From: an uncultured Chloroflexia bacterium
GTDB lineage: Bacteria > Chloroflexota > Limnocylindria > Limnocylindrales > CSP1-4
Length of the DNA: 64,000 nucleotides
Reading direction: 5' to 3'
NCBI GenBank assembly: GCA_963749705.1
Contig: CAVVNQ010000004.1
Location: forward strand, 86,454 to 150,453
The translations under genes and the position numbers were made by a program. The notes under the pieces were generated by a model that was given only the letters and a program-made list of their open reading frames with translations, searched no databases and was not told where the DNA came from. Below, in pieces: positions 31,223-41,449 of this stretch (the first letter of the stretch is position 1; the number at the start of each line of letters is the position of its first letter).

Positions 31223-32350
31223 TCACGCCACGTCGCGGCGGATCGTGAGCGACGCGATCACGGCGAAGAACACGGCGATCAGCGCGAGCACGCCGAGATC
31301 GAGCTGGAGCTCGGGCGTCGCGAGGTCCGCACCCCGGATCAGCACCTGGCGCAGGCCGTCCACCGCGTACGTGACGGGCATCACCGCGGCCAGCGGCTGC
31401 AGCAGCCCCGGCAGGCCGCTGATCGGGATCAGGATCCCGGACAGCAGGAACTGGGGGACGATCACGAGCGGGATGAACTGGACGATCTGGAGCTCGGTCC
31501 GGGCGAACGTCGACAGGAAGATGCCCAGGCTCACGGCGCCGATGGCGACCAGCAGCACCACCAGGAACGCGACCAGCGGGCTGCCCGCCAGCTCGACCCC
31601 GAGGCCGATCGAGAACGCGGGCAGCGGCCCGATCGAGGCGACGTGCACCGTCCCCAGCGTCCAGGTGAGCAGGATCGCGACCTGGAGCGTCGCGAACAGG
31701 GCAAAGCCCAGCGTGTACCCGGCGACGACCTCGCCGCGCGTGACCGGCGTCGCCATCAGGCGCTCGAGCGTGCCACCGGTCCGCTCCCGCAGGAAGCTGA
31801 CCCCGGTCAGGATATACACGAAGAAGTAGACGAAGAACCCGATGATCGCCGGTGCGTACGGCGCGATCGGGTCCGCGCTGGGCGTCCCGTACACCGTGAC
31901 GTGCTCGATCGCCGGCATCGCGCCCGACGTCATCACGCCGATGAGCGCCTTGGTCACGATGCCCACCTGGGTGGCCTCCGCGAATGGATCGAGGCCGTTG
32001 GTGATCAGGGTGACCGTGCTCCCGACCCCCTTGTCGGCCGGCAGGATGATCCCGATCGACGCCGTCCCGTCCGCGACGGCGGCCCGAGCCGCTGCCTCGT
32101 CCGGCACCTGCGTCACCGTCCCACCATCGGCAGCGACGCCGAGCCGGAGGTTCTGGACGAAGACCGTCGCGGGAACCCCGGTCTCGACCACGGCGACGTT
32201 GACCGCCGGGGTTTCGCCCTCGCGCAGGATGAACGTGAGCAGCCCGGTCATCAGGACGGGCGCGATGAACAGGAGGGCGAGCGACGGACGGTCGCGCCGG
32301 ATCTCCTGGACGACGCGCCGGAACAGGGCTCGCAGGCGACGCGGGTTCAT
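31223..32350 (-). CDS. ABC-2 family transporter permease
   Basis: ABC-2 permease features (RERTGGTLERLMATPV); six predicted transmembrane segments; its stop lies 1 nt from the galK ATG. Confidence 0.75.
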   Translation of the reverse strand: MNPRRLRALFRRVVQEIRRDRPSLALLFIAPVLMTGLLTFILREGETPAVNVAVVETGVPATVFVQNLRLGVAADGGTVTQVPDEAAARAAVADGTASIGIILPADKGVGSTVTLITNGLDPFAEATQVGIVTKALIGVMTSGAMPAIEHVTVYGTPSADPIAPYAPAIIGFFVYFFVYILTGVSFLRERTGGTLERLMATPVTRGEVVAGYTLGFALFATLQVAILLTWTLGTVHVASIGPLPAFSIGLGVELAGSPLVAFLVVLLVAIGAVSLGIFLSTFARTELQIVQFIPLVIVPQFLLSGILIPISGLPGLLQPLAAVMPVTYAVDGLRQVLIRGADLATPELQLDLGVLALIAVFFAVIASLTIRRDVA

Positions 32351-33111
32351 CGGGCGGCCTCCGTCTCGCCGGCGAACTGGAGGAAGGCCTGCTCGAGGTC
32401 GTCGGTGGCGGCGGCGGCCCGCAGGTCACCTCCGGTGCCGCGCGCGATGATCCGGCCCGCTCGCATGAACAGCAGCTCGTCGCACCGATCGGCCTCGTCC
32501 ATCACGTGGCTCGATACGATCAGGGTGATCCCGTCCGCGGCGAGCTTGCGGAAGTGGGTCCAGAACTCGACCCGGAGCAGCGGGTCGATGCCCACCGTCG
32601 GCTCATCGAGGAACAGGATCGTCGGGCGGTGGACGAGCGCGCACGCCAGCGACAGCCGGCGACGCTGGCCACCCGACAGCGTGCCCGCGACCGACTCGGT
32701 TCGATCGGCCAGGTTGACGAGCTCGAGCGCCTCGACCACCGGCGCGTCGCCATCGACGCCGTAGACCGCGGCGAAGAACCGCGCGTTCTCGCCTACGGTC
32801 AGCGCCGGGTAGATCCCGTCGCTCTGGGTCATGTACCCGATCCGGCTCAGGTTGGACCGCGATGGCATCCGGACGCCCAGCACCTCGGTGTGGCCGGACG
32901 TGGCGCGCGCCATCCCCGTCAGCAGCCGGATCAGCGTCGTCTTGCCGGATCCGTTGGGGCCCAGGATCCCGTAGATGCGGCCGGGCGCGAGCTCGAACGA
33001 CACCCCATCGACCGCGCGCAACGGACCGAAGGCCTTGACCAGGTCGACCGCGCGGACCGCGGGCCGGGCCGCGGCCGCCGCGTCAGCTTGGGAGGGCGCC
33101 ACGCTGTGCAC
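32347..33111 (-). CDS. ABC transporter ATP-binding protein (partner of the ABC-2 permease)
   Basis: Walker A GILGPNGSGKTT and signature LSGGQRRRLSLACAL. Start set at the GTG at 33111; the longer ORF to 33234 adds a non-conserved leader. Confidence 0.8.
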   Translation of the reverse strand: MHSVAPSQADAAAAARPAVRAVDLVKAFGPLRAVDGVSFELAPGRIYGILGPNGSGKTTLIRLLTGMARATSGHTEVLGVRMPSRSNLSRIGYMTQSDGIYPALTVGENARFFAAVYGVDGDAPVVEALELVNLADRTESVAGTLSGGQRRRLSLACALVHRPTILFLDEPTVGIDPLLRVEFWTHFRKLAADGITLIVSSHVMDEADRCDELLFMRAGRIIARGTGGDLRAAAATDDLEQAFLQFAGETEAAR

Positions 33112-33240
33112 TGTTGGCTCCAGGTGCGGGAAGCCGCCACCGACGATTCGTCGGTTGATGAATTCTAGGTCGGCCGGCGGAGCCGACCACGGGCCGCCGG
33201 ACACCGCGCGGCGGTCCGGACGGCGCGTCGGCACGGGCGA

Positions 33241-34431
33241 TCAGTCCCTGAGCGCATCGCCGCCGCCCAGCGGCACATCGGTCCGACGCCACCGACGCGC
33301 GCCCCTGGCCGGGAGATAGCGCCAACCCACCAGCGCGCCCGCCACGGCGAGCAACGCGGAGATCCCGAACAGGACCTGGGGCCCGCCCTCGGCGTACAGG
33401 AGCCCGCCGACGACGTTGGCCAGGAACGCCGCCACCCCCGCCGTGGTGATCGAGATCAACGCCTGCCCCGATCCCTGGAGGCGCGGCGGCATCACCTGCT
33501 GGATGGTCATCACGCTCGCGATCCACAGCCCCGCAAACCCGACCCCCGAGATCAGCCGGGAGGCAACGATCGCGAGCGCCGACCCGAGCACCGCCCACAG
33601 CAGGAACGCCGACACGTACAGGGCCACCGACACCACGAACAGGCCCCGGATCCCGATCCGGGGCACCGCACGGCCAGCGGCGACCATGGCACCGACCTCG
33701 GCGGCGGCCGCGACCGCGGATGACAGGGCCACCTCGGGCGCCCCGCCGCCCAGCTCGACGATCCGCAGCGACAGGAACGTGAAGCCGGCGAACACGCCGA
33801 CGTACGCCAGGCCGACCGCGACCAGGACCCGGGGCATGGCCGGGTCGACCGCGAATGCCTCGCGGATCGCGCCGCCGCGACGGTGCGCGGTGAGCTGCGC
33901 GCGCCCCAGGTCCGGGATCCGGCGCGCGACCAGCGCGATCGCGACCGCCAACACGAGGAACATGACCCCGGCCGGCCAGTACCCGAGCGCCCCGTACAGC
34001 ACCCCGAATGCGACCGCCGCGACCGCGAACGCCGCGCTCGACCCACTGCGGACCCGCCCGTACTCGCGCCCGGGGTCACGCATCGCGTTGACCGCCAGCG
34101 CATCGGACAGGGGTCCCGCGGCGCCGTAGCAGGCGGCATACGCGACATAGGCGGCCCCCACCGCAAGCGGCGGCAACGGAAGCAGGAACAGCACCAGCAG
34201 CCCCGCCGCCAGCAGGATCGACACGCTGAGCGCCCGGGCGCGCCCGAGCACGACATCGCCCAGGTGGCCCCACACGGACACCGACACGATGAACGCGACC
34301 GAGGTGAGCGCCGTCACCAGGCCGATCACGGCCGGGCTGAACCCACGGCCCGCGAGGATCACGGAGGCGAACGGACCCAGCACGGCAATCTCGGCGCCGT
34401 TGAGCACGAACAGCAGGCGAATGCGGACCAT
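33241..34431 (-). CDS. MFS transporter
   Basis: Twelve hydrophobic segments and a duplicated six-transmembrane MFS-like organisation. Confidence 0.7.
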   Translation of the reverse strand: MVRIRLLFVLNGAEIAVLGPFASVILAGRGFSPAVIGLVTALTSVAFIVSVSVWGHLGDVVLGRARALSVSILLAAGLLVLFLLPLPPLAVGAAYVAYAACYGAAGPLSDALAVNAMRDPGREYGRVRSGSSAAFAVAAVAFGVLYGALGYWPAGVMFLVLAVAIALVARRIPDLGRAQLTAHRRGGAIREAFAVDPAMPRVLVAVGLAYVGVFAGFTFLSLRIVELGGGAPEVALSSAVAAAAEVGAMVAAGRAVPRIGIRGLFVVSVALYVSAFLLWAVLGSALAIVASRLISGVGFAGLWIASVMTIQQVMPPRLQGSGQALISITTAGVAAFLANVVGGLLYAEGGPQVLFGISALLAVAGALVGWRYLPARGARRWRRTDVPLGGGDALRD

Positions 34432-34485
34432 CGTGGACCCGTCCAGGGCGCCGAAGCGCGATGCCGCCGGCGCGGCGGCGTGGCG

Positions 34486-35490
34486 TCAGCCGAAGCGCTC
34501 GCGAAGCCTCGGCAGGATGACCTTCCCGTAGCGCGCGATGGCCGTCTCCTGGTCGTTGCCCGGGAAGTGGAACACGAGGTGGTTGAGCCCGTAGGAGAGG
34601 TACGGGGCGATCTGGTCCACGTGCTCGTCGGGATCGTCGGACACGAGCCAGCGGGTGTGCGCGTAGGGCTCGGCGTGCTTGGCGAGGATCTCCATCTGGC
34701 GCGGGTCGTGGACGCCGACCTTCATCTCGCCCGGCAGGGCCAGCGCCGCCCAGACCTTGGTGTCCTCCATCGCCCGCGAACGATCGGGGTCGAAGCTGAC
34801 CTTCATCTCGATCATCCGGTCCATCGCCGCGGCGTCCCGCCCGACCTTCGCGGCCCCCTCGGCGAGCGCCGGCAGGAGGGTGTCGGTGTACAGCTCGGCA
34901 CCCTTGCCGCTGGTGCAGATGAACCCGTCGGCGATCCGCCCGGCGAGCCTCGCCGCGGCCGGACCCGAGGCCGCGATGTAGATCGGGACGGGCGTGTCCG
35001 GGCGATCATAGACCGTCGCCTCGTGGGTGCGGAAGAACTCGCCGCTGAAGTCGACGAACTCCTCGCGCCATAGCCGCCCGATGAGGGTCACCGCCTCCTT
35101 GAGCCGCGCGAACCGCTCCTTCTGTTCGGGCCAGTCCACGCCTACGGGGACCTCGTTCATCGACTCCCCGGTGCCGACGCCCAGGATCACCCGTCCGGGG
35201 GCCAGGCAGGCCAGGGTCGCGAACGCCTGGGCAACGATCGCGGGGTTGTATCGGAATGAAGGGGTGAGCACGCTCGTACCCAGCGTCACCCGCTGGGTCG
35301 CCTGGGTCGCGGCACCCAGCCAGACGAGCGCGTTGGGGGCATGACCGTCGGTGTGGCGCCAGGGCTGGAAGTGGTCGCTCGTCCATACGGAGTCGAACCC
35401 CGCGGCCTCGGCCGCCACCGCGAGGTCCAGCAGGCGGCGGGGCGGAAACTGCTCTGCGGACGCCTTGTAGCCGAGGGTCAGTCGGGGCAT
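34486..35490 (-). CDS. fgd: F420-dependent glucose-6-phosphate dehydrogenase
   Basis: Near-collinear similarity to mycobacterial Fgd1 (LGYKASAEQFPPRRLLDLAVAAEAAGFDSVWTSDHFQPWRH ... NHLVFHFPG). Confidence 0.85.
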   Translation of the reverse strand: MPRLTLGYKASAEQFPPRRLLDLAVAAEAAGFDSVWTSDHFQPWRHTDGHAPNALVWLGAATQATQRVTLGTSVLTPSFRYNPAIVAQAFATLACLAPGRVILGVGTGESMNEVPVGVDWPEQKERFARLKEAVTLIGRLWREEFVDFSGEFFRTHEATVYDRPDTPVPIYIAASGPAAARLAGRIADGFICTSGKGAELYTDTLLPALAEGAAKVGRDAAAMDRMIEMKVSFDPDRSRAMEDTKVWAALALPGEMKVGVHDPRQMEILAKHAEPYAHTRWLVSDDPDEHVDQIAPYLSYGLNHLVFHFPGNDQETAIARYGKVILPRLRERFG

Positions 35491-35518
35491 TCGGGACCTC
35501 TGTGCGTTCTGGGCATGC

Positions 35519-36415
35519 TCAGCGGGCGATGGCGAGCACGCCGGCTCCCGCCAGGACCAGCATAGCCCCGACGATCCGGCGGGACACCTCGCCGGGGTCC
35601 CGGGCCTCGCGCAGCCGGACGACGCCCCAGGTGGTGGCGAGGAGCACGGCGGACTCGCGGAGCGGGGCCACCACGGCGAGCGGTGCGCGCTGCAGGGCCG
35701 CCAGGACCAGCCCGTACGCGGCGACCGTGAGCACGCCCGCCGACACCGCGCGCCGGCGGGCTGCCCCGACCCCCATCGTGGCGACTGGAAGATCGCCGCG
35801 CCGGGCCCGGACGATGGCGATCAGGCCAAGCCCGAGCGCGCCCGTCGGCCACAGGATCCCCGCGTACAGCCACGGTGGCACGAGCTGGACGCCCACGCGA
35901 TCGATGGCCGAGTACGAGGCGATCATCGCGCCCGTGAGCAGCGCGAACCCGGCCGCGGATCGATCGTCGCGCGCCTCTGCCGCGCGCAGCAGGCGCCACG
36001 GCCGTTGGACGATGAGCAGGCTCGCGACCAGGAGCGCGACGCCCAGGATCGCCCCGGGCGCCAGTCGCTCGCCCAGGACGCCGACACCCAGGATGATCGC
36101 GAGCAGCGGTGCGCTGCCGCGCGCGAGCGGGTACACGAGCGACAGGTCGCCGCGACGGTAGGCCGCGGCGAGGAACAGGAAGTACACCACCTCCACCCCG
36201 CCCGAGGCCACGCCAAGCAGCCACGCGTCGTTGGGGATCGCGGGCCGTCCCAGCGTCAGCCACCCCACCGCCACCGCGGGCACGAGCACCACGGACACCG
36301 CGACGAGCCCGACCGTCGCGGTCCACAGCGGGTCGTCCGCGGTCTTGAGCAGCACGTTCCACGCGGCGTGGAGGACCGCCGCCAGCGCGATGAAGGCGAG
36401 GGCGAGCGGATCCAC
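35519..36415 (-). CDS. EamA/DMT-family transporter
   Basis: Ten-transmembrane protein with duplicated EamA-like halves. Confidence 0.65.
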   Translation of the reverse strand: MDPLALAFIALAAVLHAAWNVLLKTADDPLWTATVGLVAVSVVLVPAVAVGWLTLGRPAIPNDAWLLGVASGGVEVVYFLFLAAAYRRGDLSLVYPLARGSAPLLAIILGVGVLGERLAPGAILGVALLVASLLIVQRPWRLLRAAEARDDRSAAGFALLTGAMIASYSAIDRVGVQLVPPWLYAGILWPTGALGLGLIAIVRARRGDLPVATMGVGAARRRAVSAGVLTVAAYGLVLAALQRAPLAVVAPLRESAVLLATTWGVVRLREARDPGEVSRRIVGAMLVLAGAGVLAIAR

Positions 36416-36513
36416 GCGCGAAGTCTAGGGTCCGGACCCTGGCCGGCGGACCGCTCGTTGCGGGTCGGCGAAGCACTCGCCGGATGCGTGTTCGCCGCCG
36501 CCGGTTCGCCCGA

Positions 36514-37479
36514 CTACCCGGATCCGGCCGCCGGCCAGCCGCCGAGCTCGGCGAGCGTCGGCGGATCGGCGCCGGCTCGCTCGCAGGCCATCGCGGACGC
36601 GCGGACCGCGAACCGCGCCGCGTCGAGCGCCGACCGGGCGTCATGGAGGCCTGCTCGTCCCACCCCGGCGCGGACGATGGCGGCGAGGAAGGCACCGCCG
36701 AACGTATCGCCCGCACCCACCGTGTCGACGACCCGCACCCTCGGGACCGGCACCACGTGGTTCGCACCCCCCGCGTGCACCGTGACCGAGCGACCGCCGT
36801 CGGTGAGCAGGACGACCCGGTCGCCATCCCCGGCCAGCCGGGCGACCGCCTCGGGCAGCGGGACCCCCGGCTGCAGGTAGGCGAGGTCGTCGGCGCTGAC
36901 CTTGACCACGTCGGTCCGCTCCATCACGCGCGCCACCCGCGCCCGGTAGCCATCCGGATCGGCGGTGATCGATGGCCGGCAGTTGGGATCGACCATGAGG
37001 ATCACGTCATCGGGAAGCGTCGCCGCCAGCGATTCCAGCGTGGTGGCCATCGGCTCGAGCACGAACCCCAGCGTGCCCAGGTGCACGGCGCGCGTCGCTG
37101 CCGGCAGCCCGGCTTGGAGCGGCCCGATGTCCACCGCCGGCGCGGACGTCCCATCCACGTAGAACCGGTACGCCGCGACGCCGTGCTCGTCGAGCTCGGC
37201 CAGGGCGAGCGTCGTCGGCAGGTCAGTTCGCTGGACGTGGTCGAGCGACACGCCGTCGCGGACGAGCCCGGTCTCCAGCATCCGCCCGAAGCGATCCGAC
37301 GACAGCCCGCCGATCCAGGCCACCGGAACCCCCAGGCGGGCGACGGCCCGGGCAGTGTTGTACGGTCCGCCACCGGGTGCCGGCACCAGCCGTCCGTCGG
37401 CGAGCACGATCAGGTCGATCAGCGCCTCGCCGGCGACCACGATCAGCGCCGGTTCGCCGGACGTTTCCTGGCTGGTCAT
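36514..37479 (-). CDS. PfkB-family carbohydrate kinase (ribokinase/deoxyribokinase/fructokinase-like)
   Basis: PfkB signature DTVGAGDTFGGAFLAA and an N-terminal GG motif; divergent from the BMC operon. Confidence 0.8.
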   Translation of the reverse strand: MTSQETSGEPALIVVAGEALIDLIVLADGRLVPAPGGGPYNTARAVARLGVPVAWIGGLSSDRFGRMLETGLVRDGVSLDHVQRTDLPTTLALAELDEHGVAAYRFYVDGTSAPAVDIGPLQAGLPAATRAVHLGTLGFVLEPMATTLESLAATLPDDVILMVDPNCRPSITADPDGYRARVARVMERTDVVKVSADDLAYLQPGVPLPEAVARLAGDGDRVVLLTDGGRSVTVHAGGANHVVPVPRVRVVDTVGAGDTFGGAFLAAIVRAGVGRAGLHDARSALDAARFAVRASAMACERAGADPPTLAELGGWPAAGSG

Positions 37480-37572
37480 GGCTGGAGGCTACTGCCTCGC
37501 GGCGGGCCGCGCCAACCCGCCGGAGCGCAGGCCCGTCGACGCCACGACCGCCCGCGGCAGCGGATCGGCAGG

Positions 37573-37601
37573 TTGACACGGCTCGTGGCCGGACCTAGCA
37601 T
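37573..37601 (+). promoter_or_regulatory. Sigma70-like promoter of the BMC operon: TTGACA-N17-TAGCAT
   Basis: Consensus -35 hexamer at 37573-37578 and a -10-like hexamer at 37596-37601 with 17-nt spacing, about 25 nt upstream of the sorC-type regulator start. Confidence 0.4.
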
Positions 37602-37608
37602 GCGACCT

Positions 37609-37641
37609 GCACATATGAGCATTGATGTACGCACATGAGCA
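37609..37641. promoter_or_regulatory. Direct repeat GCACAT(AT)GAGCA x2 with 22-bp periodicity straddling the regulator start codon; candidate SorC-family operator
   Basis: Copies at 37609-37621 and 37631-37641, immediately downstream of the predicted -10. Confidence 0.35.
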
Positions 37642-38650
37642 ACGCGGGGCGCGCGTGACGACCGTCGCTGCCCCGGTTCGCGGCGCCTCGGATCCGCGCC
37701 TGCTCGTTCGCGTCGCGCGGATGTACTACGGCATGGCGCTGACCCAGGAGGAGATCGGCGCGAGGCTCGGTCTGAGCCGGTTCAAGGTCGGCAGGCTGCT
37801 GGACCGGGCGGTCCGCGAGTCGATCGTGCGGATCGAGATCGTCCACCCCGCCGCCCGGCTGGTCGAGATCGAGGAGCAGCTGGTCGCCCGCTTCGGGCTG
37901 CGCGCGGCGGTCGTCGCCGACGCCGGGTCCGGTCCGGTCACCGCGGAGGGGTCGGTCGAGGCCGCGACCGCCGTCGCGCGGGAGGCGGTGGCCAGGGCTG
38001 CCGCCCGGTATCTCGCCGAGATCCGACCGACGGGCGCGATCGGCGTGTCGTGGGGCCGGACGATGCTCGAGCTGGCCCGTGCCCTGGAGCCGGGCTGGAC
38101 GACCGCGACCGAGATCGTCCAGCTCAACGGGGCGACGTCACGCTCGGCGACGCCGACGCGTGCCGGCGAGATCGTGGACCGGTTCGGGGTCACCAGCGGC
38201 GGATCGATCCGGCTCATGCCCGCGCCGGCGATCGTGGGGTCGGCCGCGCTGCGGACCGCGCTCGAGGCGGACCCGTCCGTGGGCGACACGCTGCAGGCGG
38301 CCCGGCGGGCGCCGTTCGCCGTGTTCAGCCTCGGCATCCCGGAGCCCGGCAGCGTCCTCGTGGAGTCCGGGTTCGTGGCGCCCGCGGACCGGAAGCTCCT
38401 GCGCCGGGCGGGCGCGGTCGGCGACATCCTGGGCCGGTTCCTCGCACCCGACGGCCGGATCGCGCTGCCGGACCTCGACCAGCGCACGGTCGGCCTGCCG
38501 CTCGACGAGCTCGCGGCCAAGGACCACACCATCGGGCTCGCCGCCGGACCCGGTCGCGGTCCCATCGCGCTCGCGGCCATCCGCGCGGGCTGCGTGAACA
38601 CCCTGATCACCGACGAAGGAACGGCTGACTGGCTGGTTGCGCATGGCTGA
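37625..38650 (+). CDS. SorC/DeoR-type sugar-phosphate-binding transcriptional regulator
   Basis: N-terminal HTH ARMYYGMALTQEEIGARLGLSRFKVGRLL and a C-terminal sugar-binding domain; first gene of the BMC operon. Confidence 0.8.
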   Translation: MYAHEQRGARVTTVAAPVRGASDPRLLVRVARMYYGMALTQEEIGARLGLSRFKVGRLLDRAVRESIVRIEIVHPAARLVEIEEQLVARFGLRAAVVADAGSGPVTAEGSVEAATAVAREAVARAAARYLAEIRPTGAIGVSWGRTMLELARALEPGWTTATEIVQLNGATSRSATPTRAGEIVDRFGVTSGGSIRLMPAPAIVGSAALRTALEADPSVGDTLQAARRAPFAVFSLGIPEPGSVLVESGFVAPADRKLLRRAGAVGDILGRFLAPDGRIALPDLDQRTVGLPLDELAAKDHTIGLAAGPGRGPIALAAIRAGCVNTLITDEGTADWLVAHG

Positions 38651-39266
38651 GCCGCGGATCCGCCCCACCGAGCAGGACGTGCGGGACGTGGTCCGGCGCA
38701 TCGTCGACGCCGTGTACGTACCCTCGGCCACGGTCGCCCCGACGACGGCGGCCGCACACATCGATGCCGGGGCCGCCGACGGGCAGCGTCCGTCCTCCAT
38801 CGCCATCGGCGCCGACCATGGCGGCTTCCGGCTCAAGGAGCAGCTCCGGCAGGCGCTGGCCGAGCGCGGCCACGCGGTCCACGACTGCGGGACCGGCAGC
38901 GAGGACGCGGTCGACTACCCGGATCTCGCGCTGGCCGTCGCGAAGCTGGTCGCCGACGGCACGTGCAGCGTCGGGATCGTCGTGGACGGCGCCGGCATCG
39001 GCTCGTGCATGGCCGCCAACAAGGTGCCCGGCGTACGCGCCGCCATGTGCTACGACCTCTCAACGGCACGCAACAGCCGCGAGCACAATCACGCCAACGT
39101 GCTCACGCTCGGGGCGCGGCTCATCGGCGCCGGGCTTGCGCTCGACATCGTGACCGAGTGGCTGGCCACGCCCTGGGGGCCGGGTCGCCACGCGGCCCGC
39201 GTCGACAAGATCACCGCCATCGAGCGGCACTACCTGAAGGACGGCACCGGGGTTGGGACGCGATGA
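38643..39266 (+). CDS. rpiB: Ribose-5-phosphate isomerase B-like sugar-phosphate isomerase with an N-terminal amphipathic-helix extension (candidate encapsulation peptide)
   Basis: RpiB/LacAB core [10 protein letters not shown]...[10 protein letters not shown]. The about 55-aa N-terminal extension contains the amphipathic helix [16 protein letters not shown] followed by a Pro/Ala/Thr linker. Overlaps the regulator's end by 8 nt. Confidence 0.75.
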   Translation: MAEPRIRPTEQDVRDVVRRIVDAVYVPSATVAPTTAAAHIDAGAADGQRPSSIAIGADHGGFRLKEQLRQALAERGHAVHDCGTGSEDAVDYPDLALAVAKLVADGTCSVGIVVDGAGIGSCMAANKVPGVRAAMCYDLSTARNSREHNHANVLTLGARLIGAGLALDIVTEWLATPWGPGRHAARVDKITAIERHYLKDGTGVGTR

Positions 39267-40129
39267 CGACGATCGATGACCGGGACCTGCTGATCGAGAC
39301 GATCACGCGGGAGGTGCTGGCGACGTTCTCGCTGGGCGGCGAGACGTGCATCAACTGCGGCGGGTCGTGCGCCGCGCATTGCGCGGACAAGGTCCGCGAC
39401 GTCGTGACCAACGGCGCCAGCCGGATCGCGTACCACGGCCGGGGCAGCGACGTGCCGCTGGACCTCGCCGGCTACATCGACCACACCCTGCTCCGCCCCG
39501 ACGCCACCGCGGCCGACATCGACCGCCTGTGCGCGGAGGCCGTCGAGCACCACTTCGCGGCGGTGTGCATCAACCCCACCTGGATCCGACGCGCGGCGGA
39601 CAACGTGCGCGGGACCGATGTCGCGGTCGCCTCGGTGATCGGCTTCCCGTTCGGCGCCGCGACGACCGAGGTCAAGGCCATGGAGGCGCGCCGCGCCATC
39701 CGCGACGGGGCGCGCGAGATCGACATGGTGATCAACATCGGGGCGCTCAAGAGCGGCATGCTGGACGCGGTCCGCGAGGACATCGATCGCGTCTCCGACG
39801 CATGCCACGAGTCCGGGGCCCTCAACAAGGTGATCATCGAGACCGCGCTCCTCACCGACGAGGAGAAGGTCATCGCGTGTCACCTCGCGAAGGAGGCCAA
39901 GGCTGACTTCGTCAAGACCTCCACCGGCTACGCCTCGGGTGGCGCGACCGTGTTCGACGTCGCCCTCATGCGCGAGGCGGTGGGCTCACGGATGGGCGTC
40001 AAGGCCTCGGGCGGGATCCGTACCGCCGAGGATGTCCAGGACATGATCGCCGCCGGCGCCACCCGGATCGGGGCCTCCGCCGGCGTCAAGATCGTCACAG
40101 GAGAGAGGGGAGCGCGTGAGCAATATTGA
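39263..40129 (+). CDS. deoC: Deoxyribose-phosphate aldolase (DeoC-like class I aldolase) with an N-terminal encapsulation-peptide-like extension
   Basis: DeoC core (Schiff-base lysine region [24 protein letters not shown]) preceded by an about 60-aa extension containing the amphipathic [15 protein letters not shown]; ATGA overlap with rpiB. Confidence 0.8.
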   Translation: MTTIDDRDLLIETITREVLATFSLGGETCINCGGSCAAHCADKVRDVVTNGASRIAYHGRGSDVPLDLAGYIDHTLLRPDATAADIDRLCAEAVEHHFAAVCINPTWIRRAADNVRGTDVAVASVIGFPFGAATTEVKAMEARRAIRDGAREIDMVINIGALKSGMLDAVREDIDRVSDACHESGALNKVIIETALLTDEEKVIACHLAKEAKADFVKTSTGYASGGATVFDVALMREAVGSRMGVKASGGIRTAEDVQDMIAAGATRIGASAGVKIVTGERGAREQY

Positions 40130-40745
40130 CCTTCGCGCCTATGTCTTCCTCGACAGCCTCCAGGCGCAGTACGCCGCGTTCCTGGGGACCGTCGCGCAGG
40201 GGTTCCTGCCGCTGGCCGGCGATGCGTCGCTGTCGATCGAGGTGTCGCCGGGCATCGAGATCAACCGGCTGACGGACATCGCCCTCAAGTCCACCTCGGT
40301 CAAGCCGGGGATGCAGATCATCGAGCGCTACTACGGCATGCTCGAGGTCCACTCCCCCTCGCAGGCGGAGGTCCGGGCGGCCGGGGCGGCCATCCTGCGC
40401 GAGATCGGGCTCGAGGAGACGGACCGGATCAAGCCCCGGATCCTGTCCAGCCAGATCATCCGCCGCATCGACGATCACCAGGCGCAGCTGATCAACCGCA
40501 CCCGCCACGGCCAGATGCTGATCCCGGGCGAGACGCTGTACGTGCTCGAGCTCGAGCCCGCGGCCTACGCGGCCCTCGCCGCCAACGAGGCGGAGAAGGC
40601 GGCCCACATCAACATCCTCGAGGTCCGCTCGTTCGGCTCGATGGGCCGGATCTACCTGGGCGGCGAGGAACGGGACATCGACGTCGGCTGGCGCGCGGCG
40701 CTGGCCTCGATCGAGGGCCTCGACGGCCGCGAGGCCAAGAGCTGA
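40116..40745 (+). CDS. BMC-T shell protein, tandem circularly permuted BMC-domain type (PduB/EutL-like)
   Basis: About 209 aa with two repeated halves, each having a G-x-L-x-V/I hydrophobic beta-strand followed by a helix ([24 protein letters not shown]; [25 protein letters not shown]); GTG start after a GGAGAGAGGGGAG ribosome-binding site. Confidence 0.55.
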   Translation: MSNIDLRAYVFLDSLQAQYAAFLGTVAQGFLPLAGDASLSIEVSPGIEINRLTDIALKSTSVKPGMQIIERYYGMLEVHSPSQAEVRAAGAAILREIGLEETDRIKPRILSSQIIRRIDDHQAQLINRTRHGQMLIPGETLYVLELEPAAYAALAANEAEKAAHINILEVRSFGSMGRIYLGGEERDIDVGWRAALASIEGLDGREAKS

Positions 40746-40791
40746 CACCCACCACCAATACCGGCAATCACAACGGCGAAGGAGAGGATCG

Positions 40792-41100
40792 ATGGCTGAA
40801 GCACTGGGCATGATCGAGGCGCGCGGGTTCGCCGCGATGGTCGAGGCGGCCGACGCGATGGTCAAGGCGGCCAAGGTCGAGCTGGTGAGCTACGAGAAGA
40901 CCGGCGGCGGCTACGTGACCGCGGTCGTGCGCGGTGACGTCGCGGCGGTCAAGGCGGCCGTCGAGGCGGGCGTCCGGGCCGCCACCAAGGTCGGCGAGGT
41001 GGTCACCAGCCACGTCATCGCGCGGCCGCACAGCAACGTGGACCTCGTCCTCCCGCTCGGTCGTGCCGAGCAGGCCAAGGGCGAGAAGGGCGACGACTGA
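40792..41100 (+). CDS. BMC-H hexameric shell protein (PduA/EutM/CcmK family)
   Basis: Canonical [29 protein letters not shown]...[23 protein letters not shown]; strong AAGGAGAGG ribosome-binding site. Confidence 0.9.
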   Translation: MAEALGMIEARGFAAMVEAADAMVKAAKVELVSYEKTGGGYVTAVVRGDVAAVKAAVEAGVRAATKVGEVVTSHVIARPHSNVDLVLPLGRAEQAKGEKGDD

Positions 41101-41158
41101 CGTTCGCACCAGGGGCCGCGGTCGCAGCGCGATCGCGGCCCGGACCCGGGAGGAAGCC

Positions 41159-41446
41159 ATGCTCCTTGGACGGGTGGCCGGAACGGTCGTCTCCAGCCGC
41201 AAGGAACCGCTGATCGAGGGCTGGAAGCTGCTCCTCGTGCGCCAGCTCGACACCGACAACCACGAGGGCGGCGGCTACGTCGTCGCCGCCGACGCCGTGG
41301 GCGCCGGGGTGGGCGAGGTCGTCCTGTACGCGACGGGCAGCTCCGCGCGCCAGACCGAGATGACCAGGGATCGACCGTGCGACGCCGTGATCATGGCGAT
41401 CGTCGACACCTGGGAGGTCGGCGGTCGTGAGATCTATCGGAAGTAG
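41159..41446 (+). CDS. BMC-P pentameric vertex protein (EutN/CcmL/PduN family), paralogue 1
   Basis: [31 protein letters not shown]...[10 protein letters not shown] typical of EutN/CcmL. Confidence 0.85.
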   Translation: MLLGRVAGTVVSSRKEPLIEGWKLLLVRQLDTDNHEGGGYVVAADAVGAGVGEVVLYATGSSARQTEMTRDRPCDAVIMAIVDTWEVGGREIYRK

Positions 41447-41449
41447 CCG

